A stretch of 64,000 bases of DNA from positions 69,724-133,723 of the forward strand of contig JAHDXH010000002.1 of assembly GCA_023382875.1 (NCBI GenBank), read 5' to 3'. Below the pieces are notes generated by a model. The model saw only the letters and a list, made by a program, of their open reading frames with translations, did not search any database and was not told the DNA's origin. The DNA comes from Patescibacteria group bacterium. GTDB taxonomy: Bacteria; Patescibacteriota; Microgenomatia; UBA1400; PJMF01. Below, one piece after another: positions 45,300-53,725 of the stretch (position 1 is its first letter; each line of letters starts with the position of its first letter). The position numbers were made by a program, and so were the translations under genes.

Positions 45300-47108
45300 A
45301 TGCGACTGGATAATTTTAAAATTGAAGAGCATCAAGACCGACTGGTAAAGCTGATCGGCTTGCTTTTGGTGGAAAAAAAGCTGACGCAGGAAAAATATTT
45401 GCAAGTCATTAAAAGAGTAACAAAAGAAGATGGACAGCAGTTTTCCAAAGATGAGTTGATTTTGGCTTATCCAAAACTGGCGGGAAAACATGGTTTGCCA
45501 GAGTTTGATCAAGCATTCATTAATAAGATTAAAATGAAGCCTGTCCGTACCCAATCGGGCGTGACGCCGGTCACAGTTTTAACCAAACCTTTCCCTTGTC
45601 CAGGTCAGTGTATTTTTTGTCCTTCTGATATCAGAATGCCTAAGAGTTATTTGAGTGATGAACCTGGAGCGCAGCGCGCAGAGAGAAACTGGTTTGATCC
45701 ATATCTGCAGGTCTACAATCGCTTGCAAGCTTTAACTAATATTGGCCATCACACTGATAAAGTTGAAATCATTATTTTGGGTGGGACTTGGTCTTATTAT
45801 CCAGAGGTTTACCAGATTTGGTTTATTAAGGAATGTTTTAGAGCACTCAATGAATTTGGTTTTTCCGATGGCCGATCGGAAGTTTTGGCAAAATATGATG
45901 ACTTGAAGCAAAGCGGCAAGTGGTCAAACGATCCTAAGGAAAATGCTCAGATTTCAGAAGATTTACTGATTGTGGGCGGGGAAAAAGAAAAATATAACCA
46001 AGTTATTTCTAACGCCTATTTGGAGCCAGAAAAGAAAGTTGGTTTGGATCAAGTGCAAACAGCAGAATGGTCAGATTTGGAGCGAGAGCAAGTGATTAAT
46101 GAAAATGCTAATTGTCGGTGTGTGGGGTTGGTGGTGGAAACGAGGCCTGACCATATTAGCGAAAAAGAAGTGACCAAAATTAGGAAACTTGGCTGTACTA
46201 AAACCCAAATCGGTGTGCAAAGTTTGAGTGATGATGTTTTGCAAAAAAACCATCGCGGCCACGCAGTAGCTGCTACAAGAAGAGCTTTTAAATTATTGAG
46301 ATTGGCTGGATTCAAGATTCACGCACACATGATGGCCAACTTGTATGGCTCAACTCCAGAGAGAGATATTGAAGATTTTAAATCACTATTTAGCGATCCA
46401 GATTTTAAACCAGATGAATTAAAGCTTTATCCTTGTAGTTTGATTGGCTCAGCGGAGCTGATGGCTTATTACAAGGATGGCCGTTGGAAACCATATAATC
46501 ACGAAGAACTGTTAAGTGTGGTTTCGGCTTCGATGGCAAATACTCCAGAGTACTGTCGTTTGACCAGAGTGATTCGCGATATTCCTTCACCAGATATTGT
46601 GGTGGGCAATAAGTTGACTAACTTTAGACAAATCGCTGAAAATAAAATGCAAGAGACTGGTGATATTAGTCACGATATTCGGGCTAGAGAAATTAAGAAT
46701 GCTGAATTTGATCCAGATAAAATCGAGCTTAAAATCGTCGATTACACTACTAGTGTTAGCAAGGAAAAGTTCTTGCAATATGTAGTCGATGTCGATGGAG
46801 TAGAAAAGATTTTGGGCTTTTTGCGTTTGAGTTTGCCAACAATTGAGCCTTATATTGAAGAATTAAAGGGTGGAGCCATGATTCGTGAAATTCACGTTTA
46901 TGGAGGGTTGGTGCAAATCGGCAAACAAGGCCATGCTAAAGCACAGCATTTGGGTTTGGGAACTAAGTTGATTAATCACGCTAGAAAAATTGCTAGCGAA
47001 GCTGGTTACAAAAAACTAAGTGTAATTAGTGCCATTGGTACCAAAGAATATTACAGGAAAAAAGGTTTTTCTGACGGCCAGCTATATCAGTATATGGATT
47101 TAGATTAA
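45300..47108 (+). CDS. Elp3-like radical SAM / GNAT tRNA U34 acetyltransferase
   Basis: RTQSGVTPV, CPGQCIFCP, GGTWS, ETRPD, IREIHVYG, QHLGLG, VISAIGTKEYY. Confidence 0.93.
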   Translation: MRLDNFKIEEHQDRLVKLIGLLLVEKKLTQEKYLQVIKRVTKEDGQQFSKDELILAYPKLAGKHGLPEFDQAFINKIKMKPVRTQSGVTPVTVLTKPFPCPGQCIFCPSDIRMPKSYLSDEPGAQRAERNWFDPYLQVYNRLQALTNIGHHTDKVEIIILGGTWSYYPEVYQIWFIKECFRALNEFGFSDGRSEVLAKYDDLKQSGKWSNDPKENAQISEDLLIVGGEKEKYNQVISNAYLEPEKKVGLDQVQTAEWSDLEREQVINENANCRCVGLVVETRPDHISEKEVTKIRKLGCTKTQIGVQSLSDDVLQKNHRGHAVAATRRAFKLLRLAGFKIHAHMMANLYGSTPERDIEDFKSLFSDPDFKPDELKLYPCSLIGSAELMAYYKDGRWKPYNHEELLSVVSASMANTPEYCRLTRVIRDIPSPDIVVGNKLTNFRQIAENKMQETGDISHDIRAREIKNAEFDPDKIELKIVDYTTSVSKEKFLQYVVDVDGVEKILGFLRLSLPTIEPYIEELKGGAMIREIHVYGGLVQIGKQGHAKAQHLGLGTKLINHARKIASEAGYKKLSVISAIGTKEYYRKKGFSDGQLYQYMDLD

Positions 47109-47455
47109 ACTTCCTCAGCTTTTTCTGGACCATCCATTTCGAAGCGAGAGCGAGTGTATTCAATTTTTCTCTTCATTACTTCTTCAATGTCGATGTTAAG
47201 TTCAAGTCCAAGGAGGATGAGTGATCCCATCACGTCTGCAAATTCATCTTCAACATTTTGACGACTAAACTTGGCGATTTTGCTGTCGCGTTGGAGGTTC
47301 ATGCTGGTCAAGATTTCGTCTGATAGTTCACCCAACTCTTCCACAATTTTCATGGTCCGAGCAAAAACTTTATGGTCTTGGTCTTTGAGCGGCCATCGTG
47401 TGTTGAGGAAGTTGCTAATTTGTTGGTATTGATCAACTAAATTTTGAATAGTCAT
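47105..47455 (-). CDS. MazG-like nucleotide pyrophosphohydrolase
   Basis: EELGEL...EDEFADV. Confidence 0.85.
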   Translation of the reverse strand: MTIQNLVDQYQQISNFLNTRWPLKDQDHKVFARTMKIVEELGELSDEILTSMNLQRDSKIAKFSRQNVEDEFADVMGSLILLGLELNIDIEEVMKRKIEYTRSRFEMDGPEKAEEV

Positions 47456-48900
47456 ATGGTGTGTATTATATCATTGGCCAAGAGATTGGCTAAATTTTGG
47501 CCAACGCCAGCAATTTTTCTTAGTTGATTGGTGGATTTTGGTGACACAATAGCAGTCAAAACTATGACTTGGTCGGTAATTGGTGGAATGTTTTGCGAGT
47601 GAATCTGCTGGCGGCGCCAGTTTTTGAGTTTCTCAATTTTTGTTTTAAGCTCTGGTGAAAGCGTAATGGTTTTGGGTTGGCAAAGCTGGCATTTTTGACA
47701 GTGGATTTGTTCGTATGAGTCATAGGCTGAAAAGTAGCGGTTTAAGCTATCGTGAAGACAGTTTCTGGTAGTGAAAAGTTTTAGTAATTGCTTGGCTTTG
47801 AGTTGGCGAACTTTAGTTTGTGGGGTGTTGTTTTGACTGATCAATGACCACATGGTGAGCCAATCTTCGCGACGGTAAAGTAAGTAACAATTGGCAGGTT
47901 GTTGATCGCGTCCAGCTCGACCAATTTCTTGATAATAATTTTCGATAGAAGTAGATGGCCCATAGTGAATGACAAATCTAATATTGGGCTTATCAACTCC
48001 CATGCCAAAAGCAGTGGTGGCCACAATCAATGAGATTTTTCCACTTATAAAATCTACTTGAATCTGCGATCGTTGGTTTTTGTCTAATCCAGCGTGGTAG
48101 GCAGCGACTTTTATTTTTGGTAAATAATGAGCAATGAGCTGGGCAATATATTCGGTTTTTTCTCTTGTTGTGGCATAAATAATGCCATCTTCATGTTGGT
48201 GCTTGTTAAGCAGTAAAAATAAATTTATTTCTTGGGAAATTTGATTATGGTAGGAATAGAAAAATAAAGATAAATTTGGCCGGTAGGGTGAGTTGGTGAA
48301 AATTTTTGGCCCGTTGAGTTTCAGCTTGCGGCAAATTTCGATGCGTGTTTGGGGTGTGGCAGTGGCAGTTAGGGCAATTTTGACGGGCTGCTTTTTTAAG
48401 TTTTGCAAATTGGTAGCAATGTCTAAATATGGTGGCCTAAAATCATGTCCCCATTCACTAATGCAGTGAGCTTCGTCGATAGCGACTAAATCAATATTTA
48501 AACTTGCTGATATTTTTTGCCAGTCTCGGCTTATCAATCTTTCCGGCGTCAAATAAATAAATTTATAGCTGCTGATATTTTGCAAACGACTTTGTAGTTC
48601 TTTTTGGTTTAATGATGAACTTAAATAAGTAGCGCTAATATTTTTTCTTTCTAAAGCTTGAACTTGGTCTTCCATTAGTGACAAAAGCGGGGTGATGACC
48701 AAAGTTTGTCCGGTAAAAATTAAACCAGGAATTTGATAACAAAGTGATTTGCCGCCACCAGTGGGCAAGACTACTAAAGTATCGTGTCCTTCTAAAACTG
48801 ACTGAATTATTTCGGCTTGCGGTGATCTAAAACTGTTATAACCAAAATACTTTTTGAGGGTTTGGAGGGCAGTTTTTATAGGTGTGGAGTTGTCTGACAC
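47452..48900 (-). CDS. recQ: RecQ family DNA helicase
   Basis: PTGGGKSLCYQ, DEAHCISEWGHDFRP, TATA, AFGMGVDK, QEIGRAGRD. Confidence 0.95.
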   Translation of the reverse strand: MSDNSTPIKTALQTLKKYFGYNSFRSPQAEIIQSVLEGHDTLVVLPTGGGKSLCYQIPGLIFTGQTLVITPLLSLMEDQVQALERKNISATYLSSSLNQKELQSRLQNISSYKFIYLTPERLISRDWQKISASLNIDLVAIDEAHCISEWGHDFRPPYLDIATNLQNLKKQPVKIALTATATPQTRIEICRKLKLNGPKIFTNSPYRPNLSLFFYSYHNQISQEINLFLLLNKHQHEDGIIYATTREKTEYIAQLIAHYLPKIKVAAYHAGLDKNQRSQIQVDFISGKISLIVATTAFGMGVDKPNIRFVIHYGPSTSIENYYQEIGRAGRDQQPANCYLLYRREDWLTMWSLISQNNTPQTKVRQLKAKQLLKLFTTRNCLHDSLNRYFSAYDSYEQIHCQKCQLCQPKTITLSPELKTKIEKLKNWRRQQIHSQNIPPITDQVIVLTAIVSPKSTNQLRKIAGVGQNLANLLANDIIHTI

Positions 48901-48925
48901 TCCGCTATTGTGTCGAAGAAATCTG

Positions 48926-50089
48926 TCAGGAAGCTGACTTTTTGAGGTATTTTTTGTCCTTTAATTTTTCTGGCAGCAAACTTTTGTTTGAATACATTTC
49001 GTAGCCTTTGCTGTAGCCAAGGCCTTTCATTAAATCGGTAGGAGCGTTTCTTAACTCCATGGGGATGGGTAAATTGCCTAATTTTTCTACATCGCGGAGA
49101 GCAGAGAAGTAAGCATCATAGGCAGAGCGGTCTTTATTACATTTGGCCAAATAGGCAGCGCCATGAGCGAGGTTGATTTGGGCTTCAGGATAACCAACTT
49201 TATGGACAGCATCAAAAACTGCATTGGCAACGACCAAGGCCGTGGGTTGTGCTAAGCCAATATCTTCACTGGCAAAAATGACCATTCTTCTAGCGATAAA
49301 CTTGGGGTCTTCGCCACCTGCCACCATTCTCGCTAAGTAATAAAGCGCACCATCAACATTACTAGCACGCATTGATTTGATGAAGGCAGAAATAGTGTCG
49401 TAGTGCTCTTCGCCTTTTTTGTCGTAGTTTAAGTGCGATGACTGGAGGGTGTCTTTGAGATGGGTAAGCTCTAAGTCGCCATACAAAATCAAAGTATTGT
49501 CGATGATGGTTAGAAGTTTTCTGGCATCACCATTGGAAAAGGTGACTAGCCAATCTTCTGCTTCTTTGGTGATTTTTTGTTTGGTGTTTTTGATGATTTG
49601 ACGAAGGTTATCCTCGCTCAATTTTTTGAGCACAAAGATTCTGGTTCGTGAGAGCAATGCTGAGATGACTTCAAAGCTGGGGTTTTCTGTTGTTGCACCG
49701 ATCAAAATCAAAGTACCATCTTCAACAAAAGGGAGTAAATAATCCTGCTGAGCTTTATTAAAGCGGTGAATTTCATCTAAAAATAAAATGGGAGGTAAGT
49801 AGGTCGCGGTCAATGATTGCTGACTAGCTTCGGCTTTTTGAACAATTTCTCGAATATCAGCCTTACCAGCAGAAACGGCTGAAAGTTCATAAAAATCCCT
49901 GTTATTTTCTCTCGCGATAATTTTGGCCAAGGTGGTTTTCCCAACCCCCGGTGGTCCCCAAAAAATCATCGAAAAAGCCTGCTTGTTTTCAATAACTCTT
50001 CGTAGTGGTTTGTCTGGTCCAACCAAGTGTTCTTGACCAATAAAGTCATCAAGGGTTTGGGGGCGAAGCTGGGCGGCAAGTGGTTGCAT
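48926..50089 (-). CDS. rarA: Replication-associated recombination protein A (MgsA)
   Basis: PLAAQLRP, WGPPGVGKTT, DEIHRFNKAQQD, GATTENPSF, SEDIGLA. Confidence 0.96.
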   Translation of the reverse strand: MQPLAAQLRPQTLDDFIGQEHLVGPDKPLRRVIENKQAFSMIFWGPPGVGKTTLAKIIARENNRDFYELSAVSAGKADIREIVQKAEASQQSLTATYLPPILFLDEIHRFNKAQQDYLLPFVEDGTLILIGATTENPSFEVISALLSRTRIFVLKKLSEDNLRQIIKNTKQKITKEAEDWLVTFSNGDARKLLTIIDNTLILYGDLELTHLKDTLQSSHLNYDKKGEEHYDTISAFIKSMRASNVDGALYYLARMVAGGEDPKFIARRMVIFASEDIGLAQPTALVVANAVFDAVHKVGYPEAQINLAHGAAYLAKCNKDRSAYDAYFSALRDVEKLGNLPIPMELRNAPTDLMKGLGYSKGYEMYSNKSLLPEKLKDKKYLKKSAS

Positions 50090-50154
50090 AAGCAATCCTA
50101 ACTTAGCAAAGTTTTGGGTTTAGTTCTAGTGGTTGATTTGATACACTTGCCCTT

Positions 50155-50718
50155 ATGACAGAAGTAAAAGCTTGGAAATTAATAAGTAAAAAAGATGCTT
50201 CAGTAGGCAAGTGGTTTCCGCTTGAAGAACGAACCTACGAACTGCCTGATGGTCGAATTATTGATGATTTTACTGTCACCACTTTGTCCGACGTGTCGAT
50301 GGTAATTCCTTTCACTCCTGAGGGTAAAGTGATTATGTGTCATCAGTTCAAACCTGGCGCTGATGAATTAACTTATGAATTTCCAGGCGGCAGAATTGAA
50401 GATCGTCACGCTGATTTTGAAGCAGTGGCCAAGGCAGAGTTGGTTGAAGAAACTGGAATTGTTGCCGACCAAGTTTACTTTTTTGGTGAGACAGTGACTT
50501 TCCCAACCAAGGCTAGTGAAAGAGTTAAAAATTATTATGTTTTAAATGCGGTAGTGAGTCGTGAGCCAGAGTTTGATGAGACAGAAAATATCGAGTTGGT
50601 GTATTTCACACCTAGCGAAATTGATGAAAAGATTAAAGCGGGGGAAATTAATACAGCGCCATCATTGTCGGCTTGGTTGCAATTGAAATTAAAACACCCA
50701 GAGTTGCTACGCCAATAA
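50155..50718 (+). CDS. NUDIX hydrolase (ADP-ribose pyrophosphatase-like)
   Basis: EFPGG...AKAELVEETG Nudix box. Confidence 0.9.
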   Translation: MTEVKAWKLISKKDASVGKWFPLEERTYELPDGRIIDDFTVTTLSDVSMVIPFTPEGKVIMCHQFKPGADELTYEFPGGRIEDRHADFEAVAKAELVEETGIVADQVYFFGETVTFPTKASERVKNYYVLNAVVSREPEFDETENIELVYFTPSEIDEKIKAGEINTAPSLSAWLQLKLKHPELLRQ

Positions 50719-50744
50719 AAGCGGTTGGACACGAATAGTGCTCT

Positions 50745-51707
50745 TTATTTTTTGAGAATTTGCCAAACCTTGTCTTTGAGTTCTTCAGTGATAGACAATT
50801 TGACCATGCCTTTATTGGGTTGGCCGTAATAAAGAATGGCAGAAAGTGGCAGGGTGAGAATTAAAGCGGCGGTAATCAAATCTTCTTCGCCTTCAACTAA
50901 AATGTGATTTTTTTCTGTCAAATCTAAACTAGAAAGCTTGGTGAAAACTTCACCTGAAATTGCACCAGCGGGGTTGGAGATTTCCAAAGTGGGCGTGATT
51001 TTGGCTAACAATTCGTGGACAAATGGTTCGCGCTGAGTTTTGCCATCATAAACACCAACCTGGTAAGTCCAGTCTTTAAGTAGGAATTGTGATAAAGCAT
51101 AATCACCAACGACAGCGACCAAATCCTTGGGTGAGTGGTTGGCCACGCTGACAATTGGTCCAAGTGGTTTGGAGAAAAATTGGCGCTGTTTGGGGTCGAT
51201 GGTTACACCTTCGGGAAAACCACCTGCAAAAAATTCACCATTTCTATTGACTTGTCCGGATCTAATTTTAGTTGAGTGAAGTGGAGTATTGGTTTCGTCA
51301 TTAAGCAGCGGCGCTAAATAAATCGGTAACGGTCTTAAGCCCATAGCCTCACGAATTTCATTGATTTTGTCAGCGCCTTTTTCTGTTTCTGTGGTGGCAC
51401 ACAAACTATCAATACCTTTGAAGTCTTTATCAATTGTGGGTCCGTAGGGATCAGTCAGTTCGACAATTTCGCAGTTAATGTTGTTTTGTCGGCAAAAGTT
51501 GAGAACGTGTTTTACTCTGATTTTGTAAGGTTGGATTGATTTAGCCGCTGCTTTGCCATTCACAAACTTATCTGCCATAACACCGATGAGAAGTTTTTCG
51601 CTAAAAGAATCAGCGTACTTCAAAAAACTTTCATGACCAATATGAAAATGGTCGAAAGTCCCGCCCATGGCCATTAAGTGAAAACGTTTTTTTAGTTTTG
51701 GCAACAT
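50745..51707 (-). CDS. Phosphopantetheine adenylyltransferase (archaeal/eukaryotic type) fused to DUF359 (GTP-dependent dephospho-CoA kinase-like)
   Basis: GGTFDHFHIGH, DPYGP, INEIR, HSTKIR; then VGD, DGKTQR, NPAGAIS, VEGEEDL, YGQPNKG; start moved to 51707, clear of tRNA-Leu. Confidence 0.87.
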   Translation of the reverse strand: MLPKLKKRFHLMAMGGTFDHFHIGHESFLKYADSFSEKLLIGVMADKFVNGKAAAKSIQPYKIRVKHVLNFCRQNNINCEIVELTDPYGPTIDKDFKGIDSLCATTETEKGADKINEIREAMGLRPLPIYLAPLLNDETNTPLHSTKIRSGQVNRNGEFFAGGFPEGVTIDPKQRQFFSKPLGPIVSVANHSPKDLVAVVGDYALSQFLLKDWTYQVGVYDGKTQREPFVHELLAKITPTLEISNPAGAISGEVFTKLSSLDLTEKNHILVEGEEDLITAALILTLPLSAILYYGQPNKGMVKLSITEELKDKVWQILKK

Positions 51708-51763
51708 TACGATATTATACTTCCTTCTAGGCGAAATGAGGTGGTATAATTGGAGTCTTATTC

Positions 51764-51849
51764 GCCGCGGTGGTGAAATGGTAGACACGCGAGACTTAAA
51801 ATCTCGTGATAGCAATATCATGCGGGTTCGAGTCCCGCCTGCGGCACCA
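51764..51849 (+). tRNA. tRNA-Leu (TAA), long variable arm, CCA encoded
   Basis: GCCGCGG/CTGCGGC acceptor stem, CGAGA-CTTAAAA-TCTCG anticodon arm, GGTTCGAGTCC; TATAAT upstream. Confidence 0.96.
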
Positions 51850-51905
51850 GTGAGAAGTTAGAGATTAAAAATTGAATTATAGCCAGCCAAATTTTTGGCA
51901 AAGAT

Positions 51906-51979
51906 CGGGGAATAGCTCAGATGGCTAGAGCGCGCGGTTTGGGACCGCGAGGCCGCAGGTTCGAGCCCTGTTTCCCCGA
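51906..51979 (+). tRNA. tRNA-Pro (TGG), CCA not encoded
   Basis: CGGGGAA/TTCCCCG acceptor stem, CGCGG-TTTGGGA-CCGCG, GGTTCGAGCCC. Confidence 0.95.
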
Positions 51980-52139
51980 CATAATAAAGAATCCAGCATT
52001 GCTGGATTTTTTATTATCTTGGAGATAATTGTGAAAACCTTTGGTTCTGCCGGCGAGCGAGACTGGTGGCTTTGTTGCTTTGGAATCACGAAGCGCCCGC
52101 CTAATCCTTGGAAAGGGGAGCCCTGTTTCCCCGACATAA
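51963..52139 (+). repeat. 22-bp direct repeat of the tRNA-Pro 3' end (att-like): 51963-51984 and 52118-52139
   Basis: GAGCCCTGTTTCCCCGACATAA occurs twice, identical. Confidence 0.9.
51981..52017 (+). terminator. Intrinsic terminator after tRNA-Pro
   Basis: AATCCAGC-ATT-GCTGGATT with a T run. Confidence 0.8.
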
Positions 52140-52169
52140 AAAAAGACAGCCTTAGGGCTGTTTTTTTAT
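52136..52169. terminator. Bidirectional terminator after the second repeat copy
   Basis: A run-ACAGCC-TTAG-GGCTGT-T run. Confidence 0.78.
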
Positions 52170-52176
52170 TTCTCTA

Positions 52177-52210
52177 GCAAAAACCTCCGCATTTGAGGGC
52201 GGAGGTTTGC
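52177..52210 (-). terminator. Terminator for the 52248-53030 gene
   Basis: AAACCTCCGC...GCGGAGGTTT hairpin. Confidence 0.72.
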
Positions 52211-52247
52211 TTGTGCATCAGAGCAGAGCGTGTTTGGAAATTTTTGA

Positions 52248-53030
52248 TTAAAGGTCAGGTTGTTCGGCACGGCAGTTGCGCCAGACCGGTCCCAGCGCCG
52301 CCAGACCTTCAAATTCCGTGTAGCTGGTTGAGTTGCCTACCCGAATTTGGACGGTGTAATGACCATCCATGCTGGCTTCCTGAGAAAGGGACTCACTGTT
52401 ACAGCCCAGATAGGTTGCCTGTAACATGAGGGTCGAGTGTGAGGTTTCGTATCCCGGGCCGGGAACCTCAAAAATTCTGGCAATTTTAGTGTTGCCATCA
52501 TAATTGCCCACAGCCACGTATCTATCACCCTCCCAGCGATTGCTGACGTACATGGTCGAAAATCCACCCGACTGCAACAATTCCAATTCGTCATTGGTAA
52601 TGTTGTAGGCATACAGCAGTGGATAATCGTCGGCAGTGCGAATGGCGGTAAAAACCATCCAGTCGCCCGAAATTGCGGCATTGGTGCAGACCACATCGCC
52701 TTGCTCACAGCGAGAGACGGTGTTGATTTCAAAGTCCGCATCGTCAAACTCCACCCAAGCGGCAATGCCGAGGGGGATGTTATTGCGAATGGGAACTTCG
52801 TCAACGATGATGAATGAAATATACATCCCATCAGCAGACCATGAGGGTGAAGTCGCGTTCTCTTCAAGGTCGCTGGTGACATTGAGGGTAGTTTGGCTTT
52901 GCGCTTCAACTGCCAAAATTTCACCGCTATCTTCTACGAGAAACCACGAGGGTCGAGTGTCACCGGCTTGCGCCAGTGACCCTCCAGCCAGCAGGCTGAA
53001 GAACAGGGTCAAAAAGAACAGGCGTTTCAT
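52248..53030 (-). CDS. Secreted protein with a TolB/PD40-like beta-propeller repeat
   Basis: Signal peptide MKRLFF...SLAQA; ATSPSWSADGMYISF; AAGGAG SD; GC-richer than flanks. Confidence 0.7.
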   Translation of the reverse strand: MKRLFFLTLFFSLLAGGSLAQAGDTRPSWFLVEDSGEILAVEAQSQTTLNVTSDLEENATSPSWSADGMYISFIIVDEVPIRNNIPLGIAAWVEFDDADFEINTVSRCEQGDVVCTNAAISGDWMVFTAIRTADDYPLLYAYNITNDELELLQSGGFSTMYVSNRWEGDRYVAVGNYDGNTKIARIFEVPGPGYETSHSTLMLQATYLGCNSESLSQEASMDGHYTVQIRVGNSTSYTEFEGLAALGPVWRNCRAEQPDL

Positions 53031-53044
53031 AGCTTTAGGTCTCC

Positions 53045-53177
53045 TTGCTTAACCAATTAGCTCTACCGAATCTTTAAGTTCGGACTAATAAAAACACCAA
53101 AAAATGTTCTTATTAGTCCAAACTAAGTTATCGGCTCTGATGTTAATGTGCCTGCGAACATAAAGTTTCGCAGACCC
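53045..53177 (-). promoter_or_regulatory. Structured 5' leader RNA (5' hairpin plus a 20-bp helix)
   Basis: Inverted repeat 53077-53096/53105-53124 whose two mismatches are G-U pairs on the minus strand; promoter TTTACA-17nt-TATAGT at 53208-53180. Confidence 0.6.
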
Positions 53178-53323
53178 TAACTATAACAGAAAAAAGACTA
53201 AATGTAAAGTTATAGGACGTATAATATCTGAACTTTTAAATAAATTGACTGGTAGATTTTCCTTGACTCATGGCAGTTTTATCCTATAATTACCTGTCCG
53301 CAAAATAGCAGAGGAGTAAGCTC

Positions 53324-53683
53324 TTGGAAATAAAAGGTACGATTGCGTTAATCGTTGACCCTCAGGATTCTTTGTTCTGGGGTGGCTGGATGGAGCATTT
53401 GCGCGAAGATGGTTGGGAAATCGCCATGTTCAAGCACCCGTCATGGATTCAGCCTGATTCAACCTCGCCGTTGCCCGAAGGGGTGATGGAAGCTAACGTG
53501 CTGATGGTGTATGGTCTGGGTGTGCAAGATTGGTGGGTTGAGGCGCTAACTGCTGCCAATAAGCCAACCGTCTATATCACTTCCATTGGTACGCCGAACC
53601 TGAAGCTCGATAAGCTGGCAGTGGTCGATGGCTTCTTCCGCTATGAGGAACTGTTGGCGGCAGTGGAGAAAGTTGCCGCCTAA
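53324..53683 (+). CDS. Hypothetical protein, degenerate receiver (CheY-like) fold
   Basis: IALIVD, LREDGWEI, KPTVYITS, YEELLAAVEKV pattern; GAGGAG SD with TTG start; TTGACT-16nt-TATAAT promoter. Confidence 0.6.
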   Translation: MEIKGTIALIVDPQDSLFWGGWMEHLREDGWEIAMFKHPSWIQPDSTSPLPEGVMEANVLMVYGLGVQDWWVEALTAANKPTVYITSIGTPNLKLDKLAVVDGFFRYEELLAAVEKVAA

Positions 53684-53692
53684 CAATCACAG

Positions 53693-53725
53693 AAAAACGA
53701 CAGGGTTCAAAGCCTGTCGTTTTTG
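53693..53725. terminator. Bidirectional intrinsic terminator
   Basis: AAAAACGACAGG-GTTCAAAG-CCTGTCGTTTTT between convergent genes. Confidence 0.85.

Noticed and set aside
53077-53124. Long inverted repeat as a tracrRNA/CRISPR repeat or IS end
   Set aside because: It is single-copy in the window with no cas or transposase gene; the G-U bias fits a leader RNA better.
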